Positions 1 to 8,313 of a stretch of DNA of 32,000 nt are shown piece after piece. The DNA lies in contig CAVRAI010000013.1 of assembly GCA_963718915.1 (NCBI GenBank), positions 472,861 to 504,860 of the forward strand. Reading direction: 5' to 3'. The position numbers and the translations under genes were made by a program. Numbering within the stretch: the first letter of the stretch is position 1; each line of letters begins with the position of its first letter. The stretch is from an uncultured Chloroflexia bacterium (GTDB taxonomy: Bacteria > Chloroflexota > Ktedonobacteria > Ktedonobacterales > JADMIN01). The notes beneath the pieces were generated by a model. It did no database searches. It was given only the letters and a program-made list of their open reading frames with translations, and was not told where the DNA came from.

Positions 1-362
1 GCATCGTCAATCGCCTGGTCAGTTGCCACTGCCGAGTGATTGACCGCTGGTTTCGTCGCTGAAGCTGCTCCAGAGAGCATCTGTGGTTCCACGGAGTATC
101 CGCCCTTCATTCAGTGACGATCAATCGGTGGCGATCATACGTTAGCGCCAGGATGATTGCCGCACTCGCGCTGACCACGCTGCCGACCAGGCATAGGATA
201 CCCACGACGAGCTGGGTCGTGCGCGACGATGATGGCGCATCGGTTCCGCGCGCTGGCGAGTAACCCGCAGGATGAAAGGGGGGCCGCCATAGGGCAACCC
301 CGGCCCAACGCCTGAGCGACCAAAGCCATTATAGCCAGTTGCGCCTGGGATCATCGCTTCAG

Positions 363-836
363 TCAGTTCATTGCCATCGCCGTCTGACCACCCCCGACGC
401 GATATTGCTCCTGACCCGTCGCCCGCAGCCCACTGGCGCCGAATGTCAACCCGCTGGCTGTGCCCGTGGCAACCGGTGTTCCACACTGGCCGCAGAATGC
501 GGTCCCGGTTTCGAGGCGCGCGCCGCAGGTACCGCAGAATCGCCCGCCACTGGTCGCGCCACCGACAGGTGCGGTTGGGCGTGTTTCAGTAGGGTATGGG
601 TTCATGCGAGAGCCGCGCGCGGATTGTGAGGTCGGCCCCGAAACGCCATACCCGCCCGGCGGTATATCCGCAGCCCGTGTCTCACCAAGCGACGGTGTAT
701 CTTCCGAGGGGTCATAGGCGCTGTCGCGCGCGGACCAGCCACACACGCGGCATATTCCGCGAGCATCGACCGCATCGGCGCCACATTGTTCACAGGTGTT
801 CACACTCAGCCTCCGGGATCGTCCGGGCCTCTTCAA
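363..836 (-). CDS. double zinc-ribbon domain protein (probable start GTG at 803; 3' part may be frameshifted)
   Basis: Two CxxC..CxxC pairs (CEQCG..CRVCG and CGTCG..CGQCG) are separated by a P/G/T-rich linker. GGAGG lies 6 nt upstream of GTG 803. Confidence 0.55.
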   Translation of the reverse strand: MKRPGRSRRLSVNTCEQCGADAVDARGICRVCGWSARDSAYDPSEDTPSLGETRAADIPPGGYGVSGPTSQSARGSRMNPYPTETRPTAPVGGATSGGRFCGTCGARLETGTAFCGQCGTPVATGTASGLTFGASGLRATGQEQYRVGGGQTAMAMN

Positions 837-1097
837 TGCGGTTATCGCCGCATCGTATCAGCCTCCAGTATAGCGCCGGTCAGCCCACATGGCAACACAG
901 CGCAACACTTGGGCGTACTTCTCTGTAGCGGATGATGACACATTGGTATCGTCTCGTTGTGATCTCCGCCACATTCCCGCCTCTGGCATGACACTTTGGG
1001 TGGCTGGCGACGTTTTAGGTTCGTTTGGTGGTATATCAGCAGAGGGAGAGGGAGCCTCAGCGACCGCTCGCCTGTCGCAGACTCGAAGGAATTACTC

Positions 1098-2258
1098 ATG
1101 GCGCGTAGCAGTGGACCACAGCAGAATTATTCGGCCTGGGATGCTCCGACTCAGCCGCCTCAGCTCCCGGATGACGCCATACCCCCGCCGCCGCTTCCGC
1201 CAGAGTTGACCAGTCCACTACACGGCGACGCCCTCCCAGTCCCGCCGCGCCGCAAGGCTCCCACAACACGACGCTTCGCGCGCGGCAGCAAAGCGCGGCG
1301 TGTGTTGCTGATCGTGTTACTGGCAGCGCTACTGGTCAGCGGTTTGCTGGCCCATCGACTCTGGGACTTTGGCAGCGCGATCTCGACACAGAATCCGCTC
1401 AGCACGCAGACACGTTTCATGACCACAGGCGACCGCGTCAATCTACTCATCCTTGGATATGGTGGCGGCCAACACAACGGGCCAAATCTGACCGACAGCA
1501 TGATCGTCGTCAGCATCAACCCGAAAGACAATGCGACGACGATGATCTCGGCGCCGCGCGATCTCTGGGTGCAGGTACCGCCTCAGTCGGGCAACTACGC
1601 CAAGCTTAACACAGCCTACGAGAACGGGCTGGCCAACGGCTACAACGGCATCAGCGCGAGTCCGGCCGCAGGCGGCGCGGAGGCAGCGCGCAAGGTGAGC
1701 GATGTCACCGGTTTGCCGGTGCAATACTGGCTGACCATTAACTTCGACGGTTTCCGCGAACTGGTCGACGCGCTCGGCGGCGTGGACGTGAACGTACCAG
1801 TTGGATGGACCGCCACCAATCTGGGTGGTGGACTGCCAGGATCTGACACAGCCACCTTCAAGGCGGGCTTGCAGCATATGGATGGCGCGCGCGCGCTGCA
1901 ATACGCTCGTGCCCGTTACATCACCTCGCCCGCGAGTGAGGGCAGCGACTTCGCTCGTTCGCGACGCCAGCTCCTGCTCATTCATGCCATCATCGACCGG
2001 GTGCGCTCGCTGGGAGCGATTCCGGAGTTGCCCGGCGTAATGAATGCGTTGCAACAGACCCTCTATACCAACCTCTCGCTGGTTGATCTGACACTGCTCG
2101 CTACGAACGCGAATATCGACCACGCGGCGCTCATCGGTCTGACCAACGATAACGTGCTGGTGGACGCGGTGAGCGACGACGGCCAGGATATTCTGGAGCC
2201 TGCCAACGGCGATTGGGGCGCCATTCAGCGCTACATCAGCGCTCACCTCAAAAAATAA
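1098..2258 (+). CDS. LytR-CpsA-Psr (LCP) family protein
   Basis: N-terminal Pro-rich tail followed by a TM helix (VLLIVLLAALLVSGLLA). LCP hallmarks are present: NLLILGYGG..LTDSMIVVSINP, APRDLWV, INFDGFRELVDALGGVDV, ALQYARARY..SDFARSRRQ. ATG 1098 is preceded by GAAGGA; the track ORF starts earlier at 996. Confidence 0.9.
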   Translation: MARSSGPQQNYSAWDAPTQPPQLPDDAIPPPPLPPELTSPLHGDALPVPPRRKAPTTRRFARGSKARRVLLIVLLAALLVSGLLAHRLWDFGSAISTQNPLSTQTRFMTTGDRVNLLILGYGGGQHNGPNLTDSMIVVSINPKDNATTMISAPRDLWVQVPPQSGNYAKLNTAYENGLANGYNGISASPAAGGAEAARKVSDVTGLPVQYWLTINFDGFRELVDALGGVDVNVPVGWTATNLGGGLPGSDTATFKAGLQHMDGARALQYARARYITSPASEGSDFARSRRQLLLIHAIIDRVRSLGAIPELPGVMNALQQTLYTNLSLVDLTLLATNANIDHAALIGLTNDNVLVDAVSDDGQDILEPANGDWGAIQRYISAHLKK

Positions 2259-2281
2259 TCGAACGAGTCAGCGGCCCGGAA

Positions 2282-2800
2282 TCAATGGGCGGCATGCGAG
2301 CCGATGAACGCGACGACGAGATAGATGACCCACGCCAACACGCACACGCCAATGGCCACGCCATAACAGCCAAACAGGCTGCGTTTGCGAATATCCAGCG
2401 CCTGGGCCAGCTGGACGTCCATATCAGGTGGATCAAGCTCGATGTCGGGCGCGACGCGCTGCAATTCGGGCAACAATTTGCGAAAATCGCGGACGTTGCT
2501 CATCCCTTCGGCGACGATGACGACATTGCCATCGTCCAGCTCGAACATCAGCACAAGCTTGCTGGGGTTAGGATCACCCGGCGCTAAAATCATGCGCCGT
2601 ATGCTGGCGAGATTGAAGCGCGTCTCGGTATGTTCTTCCAGCAACGCGACATTGAAGGAATCGGGATAGAGTTGTAGCTCTTTGCCCAGCCCATAGCGCA
2701 CACGCGCCAGCGGCCTCTCCCCATCCCCTGACTCGTCTGGTTCGTCTGGCTCATCAGGCAATGGCATCTCGTCGGTCAGGCTGGAAGAATCGTCGGGCAT
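2282..2800 (-). CDS. hypothetical membrane-anchored protein (acidic N-terminus, C-terminal TM helix)
   Basis: 172-aa ORF with a D/E/P-rich N-terminus and a hydrophobic C-terminus (FGCYGVAIGVCVLAWVIYLVVAFIG). I recognise no family motif. Confidence 0.6.
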   Translation of the reverse strand: MPDDSSSLTDEMPLPDEPDEPDESGDGERPLARVRYGLGKELQLYPDSFNVALLEEHTETRFNLASIRRMILAPGDPNPSKLVLMFELDDGNVVIVAEGMSNVRDFRKLLPELQRVAPDIELDPPDMDVQLAQALDIRKRSLFGCYGVAIGVCVLAWVIYLVVAFIGSHAAH

Positions 2801-3007
2801 CGTCTCTGCATTCCGGTCTATATGAAACGCAGCGAGTACGAAAGGTACGCCACTGCTTGTGTATCATTCTCCACGCTATTGTAGCACTGAGAGACGAACC
2901 CACGACGAACGAATACCACAAAGTGATCGCGGAAGATACGACAGCCTCCCGCAGCTCCCGCTCCGGCTGGGGAACAGGCGCCAATCGGAAGGCCGAAGGG
3001 TTGCGAA

Positions 3008-3892
3008 TTACCCGTTGCGCTTCAGCTTGCCAGTGCGCTTGGCGTAGCGCTCCGCCAGGTGGAAGATGAACTGACCGACCGGAATGCTCACCAGTGCGCA
3101 GATCAGCAGCGGCCAGATGTCACCCCAGGCGTTATATGGCTTTTGTTGCACCATCAACGCGCCGCGCAGCCCATTGAGCACATAGGTCGCGGGTGAGATC
3201 ACCGAGAGCGCCTGCAAGAACCCCGGCAACACCGAGATCGAATAGTAGACGCCCGAGACCAGCAGGATGACTGCGCGGATGATATAGGCCATCTGCGCGC
3301 CACGCTCGGTATAGAGCATCGGTAAGACGGCGGCCATCGTGCCAAAGCCAATGAACGAGAAGCTGCCGACCGCCAGCACTAGCAGCGCCAGGGGCCAGTT
3401 CGCTTGCGAGAGATCCAGGTGGAAGAACAGCGCCATAATGCCAAGCTGCAGGGCAGTCATGACGATGCCGTGGATCAGGGCATAGGCGCAGGCGCCAAAC
3501 ATATGCGTCACACGCGAGACGGGCGCCATGAAGGTGTACTCGATAGTGCCTTCCCAACGCTCCATCGTGACGGTCTCGGTGACGCTGTCAAAGACGACCG
3601 ACAGGAACGTCCAGACGGCGGTGCCGATGGCGAGATACAGGATAAGATTGTTCAGTTCCGCCGCGCCGATTTTCCCACCGGAGGCGGCCTGCGCGCTCGG
3701 CGCGATGAAGGTAACACTGAGCGCGTTGACGACATTATAGGTGATCCAGACCAGTTCCCACGCCCAGTAGCGTTTGGTCAGATACCAGTTACGCTCGACA
3801 AACGCGAAGCCCTTATTGACCTCGTTACCTGCCGAACGCGCCGCCTTGCGGGCGGTATTCTGAAAGCTTCGTTCTCGTGCCAGACCAATCAT
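3008..3892 (-). CDS. ABC-2 type transporter permease
   Basis: About 6 predicted TM segments, the size and architecture of ABC-2 exporters. It starts 5 nt after the stop of the upstream ATPase gene. Confidence 0.85.
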   Translation of the reverse strand: MIGLARERSFQNTARKAARSAGNEVNKGFAFVERNWYLTKRYWAWELVWITYNVVNALSVTFIAPSAQAASGGKIGAAELNNLILYLAIGTAVWTFLSVVFDSVTETVTMERWEGTIEYTFMAPVSRVTHMFGACAYALIHGIVMTALQLGIMALFFHLDLSQANWPLALLVLAVGSFSFIGFGTMAAVLPMLYTERGAQMAYIIRAVILLVSGVYYSISVLPGFLQALSVISPATYVLNGLRGALMVQQKPYNAWGDIWPLLICALVSIPVGQFIFHLAERYAKRTGKLKRNG

Positions 3893-3897
3893 ACCGG

Positions 3898-4917
3898 CTA
3901 TTTGCCCTCCTGGACGCCATGCTCGTCGATCGCGTCAGTCTCATTGATCTCATCAGTCTCGTTGTCATCATCCTCTTCATCGTCGGCTTCGTCTTCTTCC
4001 CAGTCACGTCCGGTGTAGGCGAGGAAGACCTCCGTCAGCGTCGCCGGATGATCCAGGCCCAAGCGCGCGGCGACATCCAGCTTGAGTTGTTCGGGCGTTC
4101 CCTGAGCCACAATGCGCCCGCCGTCGATGATGGCGATCTGGTCGCAAAGGGCGTCCGCCTCGTCCATATCGTGGGTGGTCAACAGGATAGTGGCGTCATG
4201 GGTATCACGTAGCTCGCGGATGAACACCTGCACGTCCTGCTTGGAGCGCGGATCGAGTCCGGTGGTCGGCTCGTCCAGCAGCAACAAAATCGGCGCGGTC
4301 AGGAACGCGCGGGCAATAGCCACTTTCTGCTGCATCCCACGCGACATATTCTCAAGCGGCTGTGAAATGCGGTCGCGTTTGATGCCAAGGCGTGTCAGAA
4401 TCTCGACAATCATTGGGCGCGCCTGGCGGGCAGTCATTCCGTAGAGCCGTGCGGAGTAGAGCAAGTTTTCCATCGGGCTGAGCTTGCGGAAGAACGCCGC
4501 CTCGACGCTGACCCGGTTGATAAGCCGCTGCACCTTGCGCTCCTCGCGCCCGACATCGTGGCCGAAGACCTCGATTTTGCCCTCATCGGCCAGCAGCAAC
4601 GTTGAAATGAGGCGGATCAGGGTGGACTTGCCCGATCCGTTCGAGCCGAGCACGCCGAAGATTTCGCGCCGGTGGATCGTCAGCGTCACGTCGTCTACGG
4701 CACGGACGATCTTCGCGCTTTTGCGCTTGTTGGCGCCGCGCGTGAGCCAGCGCGGGCGACCGCTTTTGACGAACCGCTTCGAGACTGCCATAACATGCAG
4801 CGCATCGTACCCATCCAGGCTGGCTAGCTCAGCCGATGTGAGTATGCCTGGACGGCGTAACGATTCTGGGGGAGTAGTTTCCTCATGGAGCGACGATGGC
4901 GAACTGGTGAGAGACAA
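3898..4917 (-). CDS. ABC transporter ATP-binding protein with acidic C-terminal tail
   Basis: Walker A GSNGSGKST, signature LSRGMQQKVAIARA, Walker B LLLLDEPTTGLD, H-loop TTHDM. TTG start with AGGAGG 5 nt upstream. The last ~35 residues are almost entirely D/E/N/T. Confidence 0.92.
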   Translation of the reverse strand: MSLTSSPSSLHEETTPPESLRRPGILTSAELASLDGYDALHVMAVSKRFVKSGRPRWLTRGANKRKSAKIVRAVDDVTLTIHRREIFGVLGSNGSGKSTLIRLISTLLLADEGKIEVFGHDVGREERKVQRLINRVSVEAAFFRKLSPMENLLYSARLYGMTARQARPMIVEILTRLGIKRDRISQPLENMSRGMQQKVAIARAFLTAPILLLLDEPTTGLDPRSKQDVQVFIRELRDTHDATILLTTHDMDEADALCDQIAIIDGGRIVAQGTPEQLKLDVAARLGLDHPATLTEVFLAYTGRDWEEDEADDEEDDDNETDEINETDAIDEHGVQEGK

Positions 4918-5647
4918 GGTTACCTCCTGACCTCAGAGCGGCGCCTGATGTGACGCGCGGCGAGAGACGTAATGTGAATGGGCGGAATGGCGCAAGGCAA
5001 GCACTAGCGCAAGCACAGGCGCGAAAACTGGCCGAAAAAGGGCGACGAAGGCCCACAAAGACGGCAATGACTCCACAGGCGGACAGCAGCGATGGTATGA
5101 GTGATGCCGCGGGCTGGTGGCGCCCGCTGCTTTCGGGGGAACCCGACGACCTAGCGGGTACGCGCTCGCGGCGCGCGGAGTCGTGTGAACACGATGACAC
5201 CGACTCCGGAATTCTCGCGGAAGCCACCGATTCCGGTATCCAGTACCGCGAAAACCTGGCCTCCGATGAAGGAAGGCGCCATGGTCGCAGCCTGGCGGCA
5301 GAAGGGGCTACCGCTCATGCTCATGCTGCTGTTCCACATCACGCACCTCCTCAGTAACACCTGGGATACTTGTCCATACCGGACACGCCCTAGCCAGTAT
5401 AAAGTCCGGCAGTAATTGGTGTCAAGACGGCTCGCGCAGATATCTGACTGACCTGCCCCAAGGGAGAGGCTACGACCAGCCAGCGGGAGCGCCCGGCCAA
5501 CGCCTCATGCGGTAGCATGTCGTCATATGAACTTGAATGCTGCCGGGCAACCGGTGGCGTCACCATCCGTCCATACACTTGACGGCTCGCACCTACGCAT
5601 GGCACAGTCTGGAGTGCGCCGCTTGCTCAGCGCAGCGCGCATTCTAT

Positions 5648-5742
5648 GGAGGTGTACGGGTCCCGGTGGGCCTCGCAGTCTTCAAAACTGTTGCACGGGC
5701 GCTCGCGCGTTCGTGGGTGGGTTCGACTCCCATACGCCTCTG
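5648..5742 (+). tRNA. selC: tRNA-Sec (anticodon UCA)
   Basis: Hand-folded. 8-bp acceptor stem GGAGGTGT/ACGCCTCT. 6-bp D stem GGGTCC/GGGCCT with a 4-nt loop CGGT. Anticodon loop CTTCAAA, giving anticodon UCA at 5682-5684. 9-bp variable arm (5694-5715). T arm GTGGG-TTCGACT-CCCAT. Discriminator G5742 followed by CC. 95 nt, and it shares CTTCAAA and GGTTCGACTCC with E. coli selC as I recall it. Confidence 0.85.
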
Positions 5743-6214
5743 CCCCTGATTATCCCGCTCGTTTCCCGGTTTCCTCGCGGTCTCCTCGCCCCAATTTCCC
5801 CTTACGCAGCATAATTGGCAGCATATCCACAAAACCATTGCCTCTCACGCCCGTTTGCTTTCACCCTTCTCACTTCTCTTCAATATTAGAGCTAATGTTC
5901 TATGTCCATAGAGCAATTGCGCCATCACGGTAACGGCATCCTGTTGCATATCTGGCAGCACATGCGAATAGATGTCCAGCGTGATGGCGATGGTCGAGTG
6001 ACCCAGCATCTCACTCACCGCCTTCGGGTTCACTCTGGCCGATAGCGCCAGCGTGGCGCAGGTGTGCCGCAGATCGTGAAAGCCTATCGTCGGCAGTCTG
6101 CCCTTGCGCAGTATCCGCGTAAAGGTGCTACGTACAGCGCTACTAGGTATGTACGGCCCACCCAATCTCGTTGCGGAAGACCAGCTCGTTCCACTTCTCC
6201 CCTTCCCACACATT

Positions 6215-7226
6215 AAAGGCTGTATACAAAGGGTTCTTTTCCGGGTTCACGCCACGTGGCGATAATGGAAGGCCGGTTGGATCTGCTCATGGGCCAAGCG
6301 TTTAAGCATCAGACGCAGCATGCACAGGTAAACCCACGTCTCACTGGTGGTGGGCAGGAACTCGTAATCCTTGCTCATCCGGCGGTTGCGCCCGATCCAG
6401 GCGAAGGTGCGCTCGACCACCCAGCGTCGTGGCAGCAGGTGGAAACCAGGGAGTCGGATCGGCGGCGTTTGGTCGGCCCGCAGCCACTGGCCGCGGCCTC
6501 CCGGCCGGACCACAATCGTCACGCGCCAGCCGAAGGTCTCCCAGACCCAGCTTTGCAGCGGCCCCACGTAGGCGCTGTCCGCCCAGATCCGTTCCAGGCG
6601 CGGCAGCGCGGGCTGGAGCTGCTGAAGCAGCCAGGGCGCACTGGCGCGGTCCTGAATATTGGCGGGATGGACCACCACGCCGAGCACCAACCCAAGCGTA
6701 TCGACCAGCAGATGCCGTTTGCGGCCCGAGAGCTTCTTGGCCCCATCGTAACCATGGGGACCGCCACGTTCGGTCGTCTTGACCGATTGGCTATCCAGAA
6801 TGGCCGCGCTCGGGGTCGGCTGCCGTCCGCTCTGCTGGCGCACCCGTTCCCGAAAGGTCGTGTGGATCTGCTCCCACGCCCCGCTCAGACGCCACCGACG
6901 GAAATAGGCATAGATTGTGGACCACGGGCCGTACTCGCGCGGGAGCATGCGCCACTGACAGCCACTGCGGAGTACATGGAAGATCCCATTGAGCACCTTC
7001 CGCAGGTTCACCGAACGCGGACGTCCGCCCGGCTTGGCCGGAGGCAGCAACGGCTCGAGGATGGCCCATTCACGGTCGCTGAGGTCCGAAGGGTAGGAGA
7101 GGGAGGCACTCTCAGGCATAGCACACCTCCTTGCGCTCGTCCGTTCACTGATGCCCCTACCCTACCGCACTTTTGGGGACATGACGAGGGTTGCCTCCGG
7201 GCTTGGCGACTTTGTATACAGCCTTT
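6215..7226 (-). mobile_element. IS5-family insertion sequence (about 1.0 kb) with perfect 17-bp terminal inverted repeats
   Basis: AAAGGCTGTATACAAAG at 6215-6231 is the exact reverse complement of 7210-7226. The element holds a single DDE transposase ORF. Deleting it restores the integrase reading frame. Confidence 0.85.
6247..7119 (-). CDS. IS5 family DDE transposase
   Basis: N-terminal [38 protein letters not shown] (DUF4096-type HTH). DDE domain ILDSQSVKT.. / VDTLGL.. / ADSAYVG.. / ERTFAWI. It is one continuous ORF with no frameshift. Confidence 0.9.
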   Translation of the reverse strand: MPESASLSYPSDLSDREWAILEPLLPPAKPGGRPRSVNLRKVLNGIFHVLRSGCQWRMLPREYGPWSTIYAYFRRWRLSGAWEQIHTTFRERVRQQSGRQPTPSAAILDSQSVKTTERGGPHGYDGAKKLSGRKRHLLVDTLGLVLGVVVHPANIQDRASAPWLLQQLQPALPRLERIWADSAYVGPLQSWVWETFGWRVTIVVRPGGRGQWLRADQTPPIRLPGFHLLPRRWVVERTFAWIGRNRRMSKDYEFLPTTSETWVYLCMLRLMLKRLAHEQIQPAFHYRHVA

Positions 7227-7536
7227 GCCCGCTTTAAGCCGTTCGGCGAGCTGCCGCGTCCGGTGCGCGCGGAGCGCCTCAATGGTCTGCGGTGCGAGCG
7301 CGATCCGTCGCCGCGATTTGAGCGTCTTGGGCTGCCTGAGATGGAACGCACCATCCCGATGTCGCAGACTCCAGCGAACATACACCGCGCCCTCGTCGAA
7401 GTCCACATCCGGCCAATGCAGCGCCAAGAGTTCCCCTTATCGCATATCCGTCGCCAACGCGACCACGTAGAGCGCTTCAAGTCGCTCGCCTGCCGCCGCT
7501 TCCAGAAAAGTTCGCGCCTGCTCTCTGGTCAGCGGT

Positions 7537-7821
7537 TTGATCTCAAAGTGCCGTTTACGTGGGACATCCACGTATTCACTGACGTTGCGCGTCCCCTGCC
7601 CGCTCACAGGCTGCGTAGTGGACTCGACCCTGCCAGCTGGACAGGTCGCCATGACTGTACACTACGGCCCGTATGCGGGGCTGGCGGCGGCGCATCAAGC
7701 CGTCATTGACTGGTGCGCCGCGCAGGGGAAACAGCGAGTCGGAACGCGGTGGGAAGTCTACGGCCCACACAATGACGATCCCGCCAAGGCGTGGACGGAG
7801 ATCTACTACTTGTTCAGGTGA
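7537..7821 (+). pseudogene. GyrI-like (small-molecule/effector-binding) domain, C-terminal fragment only
   Basis: LPAGQVAMTVHYGPYAGLAAAHQAVIDWCAAQGKQRVGTRWEVYGPHNDDPAKAWTEIYYLF matches the second half of GyrI-like domains. The recognisable part is about 7606-7821. The N-terminal half is absent, and the 5' region overlaps the truncated integrase on the other strand. Confidence 0.5.
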
Positions 7822-7932
7822 CTTGTTCACGTGACCCCGTGCGGTGTGCCAGCCTGATCCATGGCAAACGTGGCCACACGGTTTCCGACCATCGTCGTCC
7901 TATTTACCCTCTTCACCCCCGACCACCTATTA

Positions 7933-7974
7933 CGTTGCATCGCAACGAACGCCGCTCACCTCACCCGGTGAGCG
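7933..7974 (-). terminator. two consecutive hairpins downstream of the DUF6510-like gene (no U-tract)
   Basis: CGTTGC-ATC-GCAACG (7933-7947) and CGCTCACC-TCACCC-GGTGAGCG (7953-7974), 50-90 nt past the stop at 8026. Confidence 0.3.
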
Positions 7975-8025
7975 CTGTGCCCGCCGTCCATCATCATGAG
8001 GATTGAACGACTGAAACGACACGCA

Positions 8026-8313
8026 TCACGCCGTTACTGAGGCCTGCACCGTCTCCTCACTGATCTGCAGGACGCGGACGCCCTGCATGTCCAGCAAATA
8101 GCGCCCGTTCGCATGCGCCACACGCATGAGCACATAGTCGCAGGAAGGGCAGCGCAGCACCGTCCCCATCCCATGCATATACGCAGCCAGTGCGCCGATA
8201 GCATTCGTGGCGCCACAGCCGACGCAGGTGGTCTGGGCCAGTGTCATCTCGAACGGAAAGATCTCACGCAGCACGCCACCGGCCACGTTGCCGTCTAGTT
8301 TGTTCTCCATCAC
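8026..8313 (-). CDS. DUF6510-like small Cys4 protein
   Basis: LDGNVAGGVLREIF..TCVGCGATN..LRCPSCDYVLMRV matches my recollection of DUF6510 family members. ATGA start/stop overlap with the upstream reductase. Confidence 0.7.
   Translation of the reverse strand: MMENKLDGNVAGGVLREIFPFEMTLAQTTCVGCGATNAIGALAAYMHGMGTVLRCPSCDYVLMRVAHANGRYLLDMQGVRVLQISEETVQASVTA

Larger units (their letters stand above)
5845..7652 (-). pseudogene. tyrosine recombinase (phage-type integrase), multiply inactivated and split by an IS element
   Basis: The catalytic C-terminus is recognisable (GFHDLRHTCATLAL..LGHSTIAITLDIYSHV), as are the upstream segments ALHWPDVDF..VRWSL..PKTLKSRRRIAL and KPLTREQARTFLEAA. There is an in-frame TAA at 7437-7439, an IS insertion at 6215-7226 and a 1-nt frameshift at the G-run 6161-6163. 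The N-terminal domain is missing. Confidence 0.85.

Noticed and set aside
1443-2246. 267-aa minus-strand ORF
   Set aside because: It is a shadow of the LCP gene, which has unambiguous family motifs on the plus strand.
5717-5745. GGTTCGACTCC T-arm as the 3' end of a tmRNA (ssrA), another common integrase target
   Set aside because: A complementary 8-nt acceptor strand lies only 86 nt upstream. The intervening sequence forms D, anticodon (UCA) and variable arms, so this is a 95-nt tRNA-Sec and not a ~350-nt tmRNA.
6256-7470. 404-aa plus-strand ORF, the longest in this region
   Set aside because: It is an antisense shadow of the IS5 transposase and integrase fragments. It is R/P/A-rich low complexity with no motifs, while the opposite strand has clear DDE-transposase and integrase signatures.
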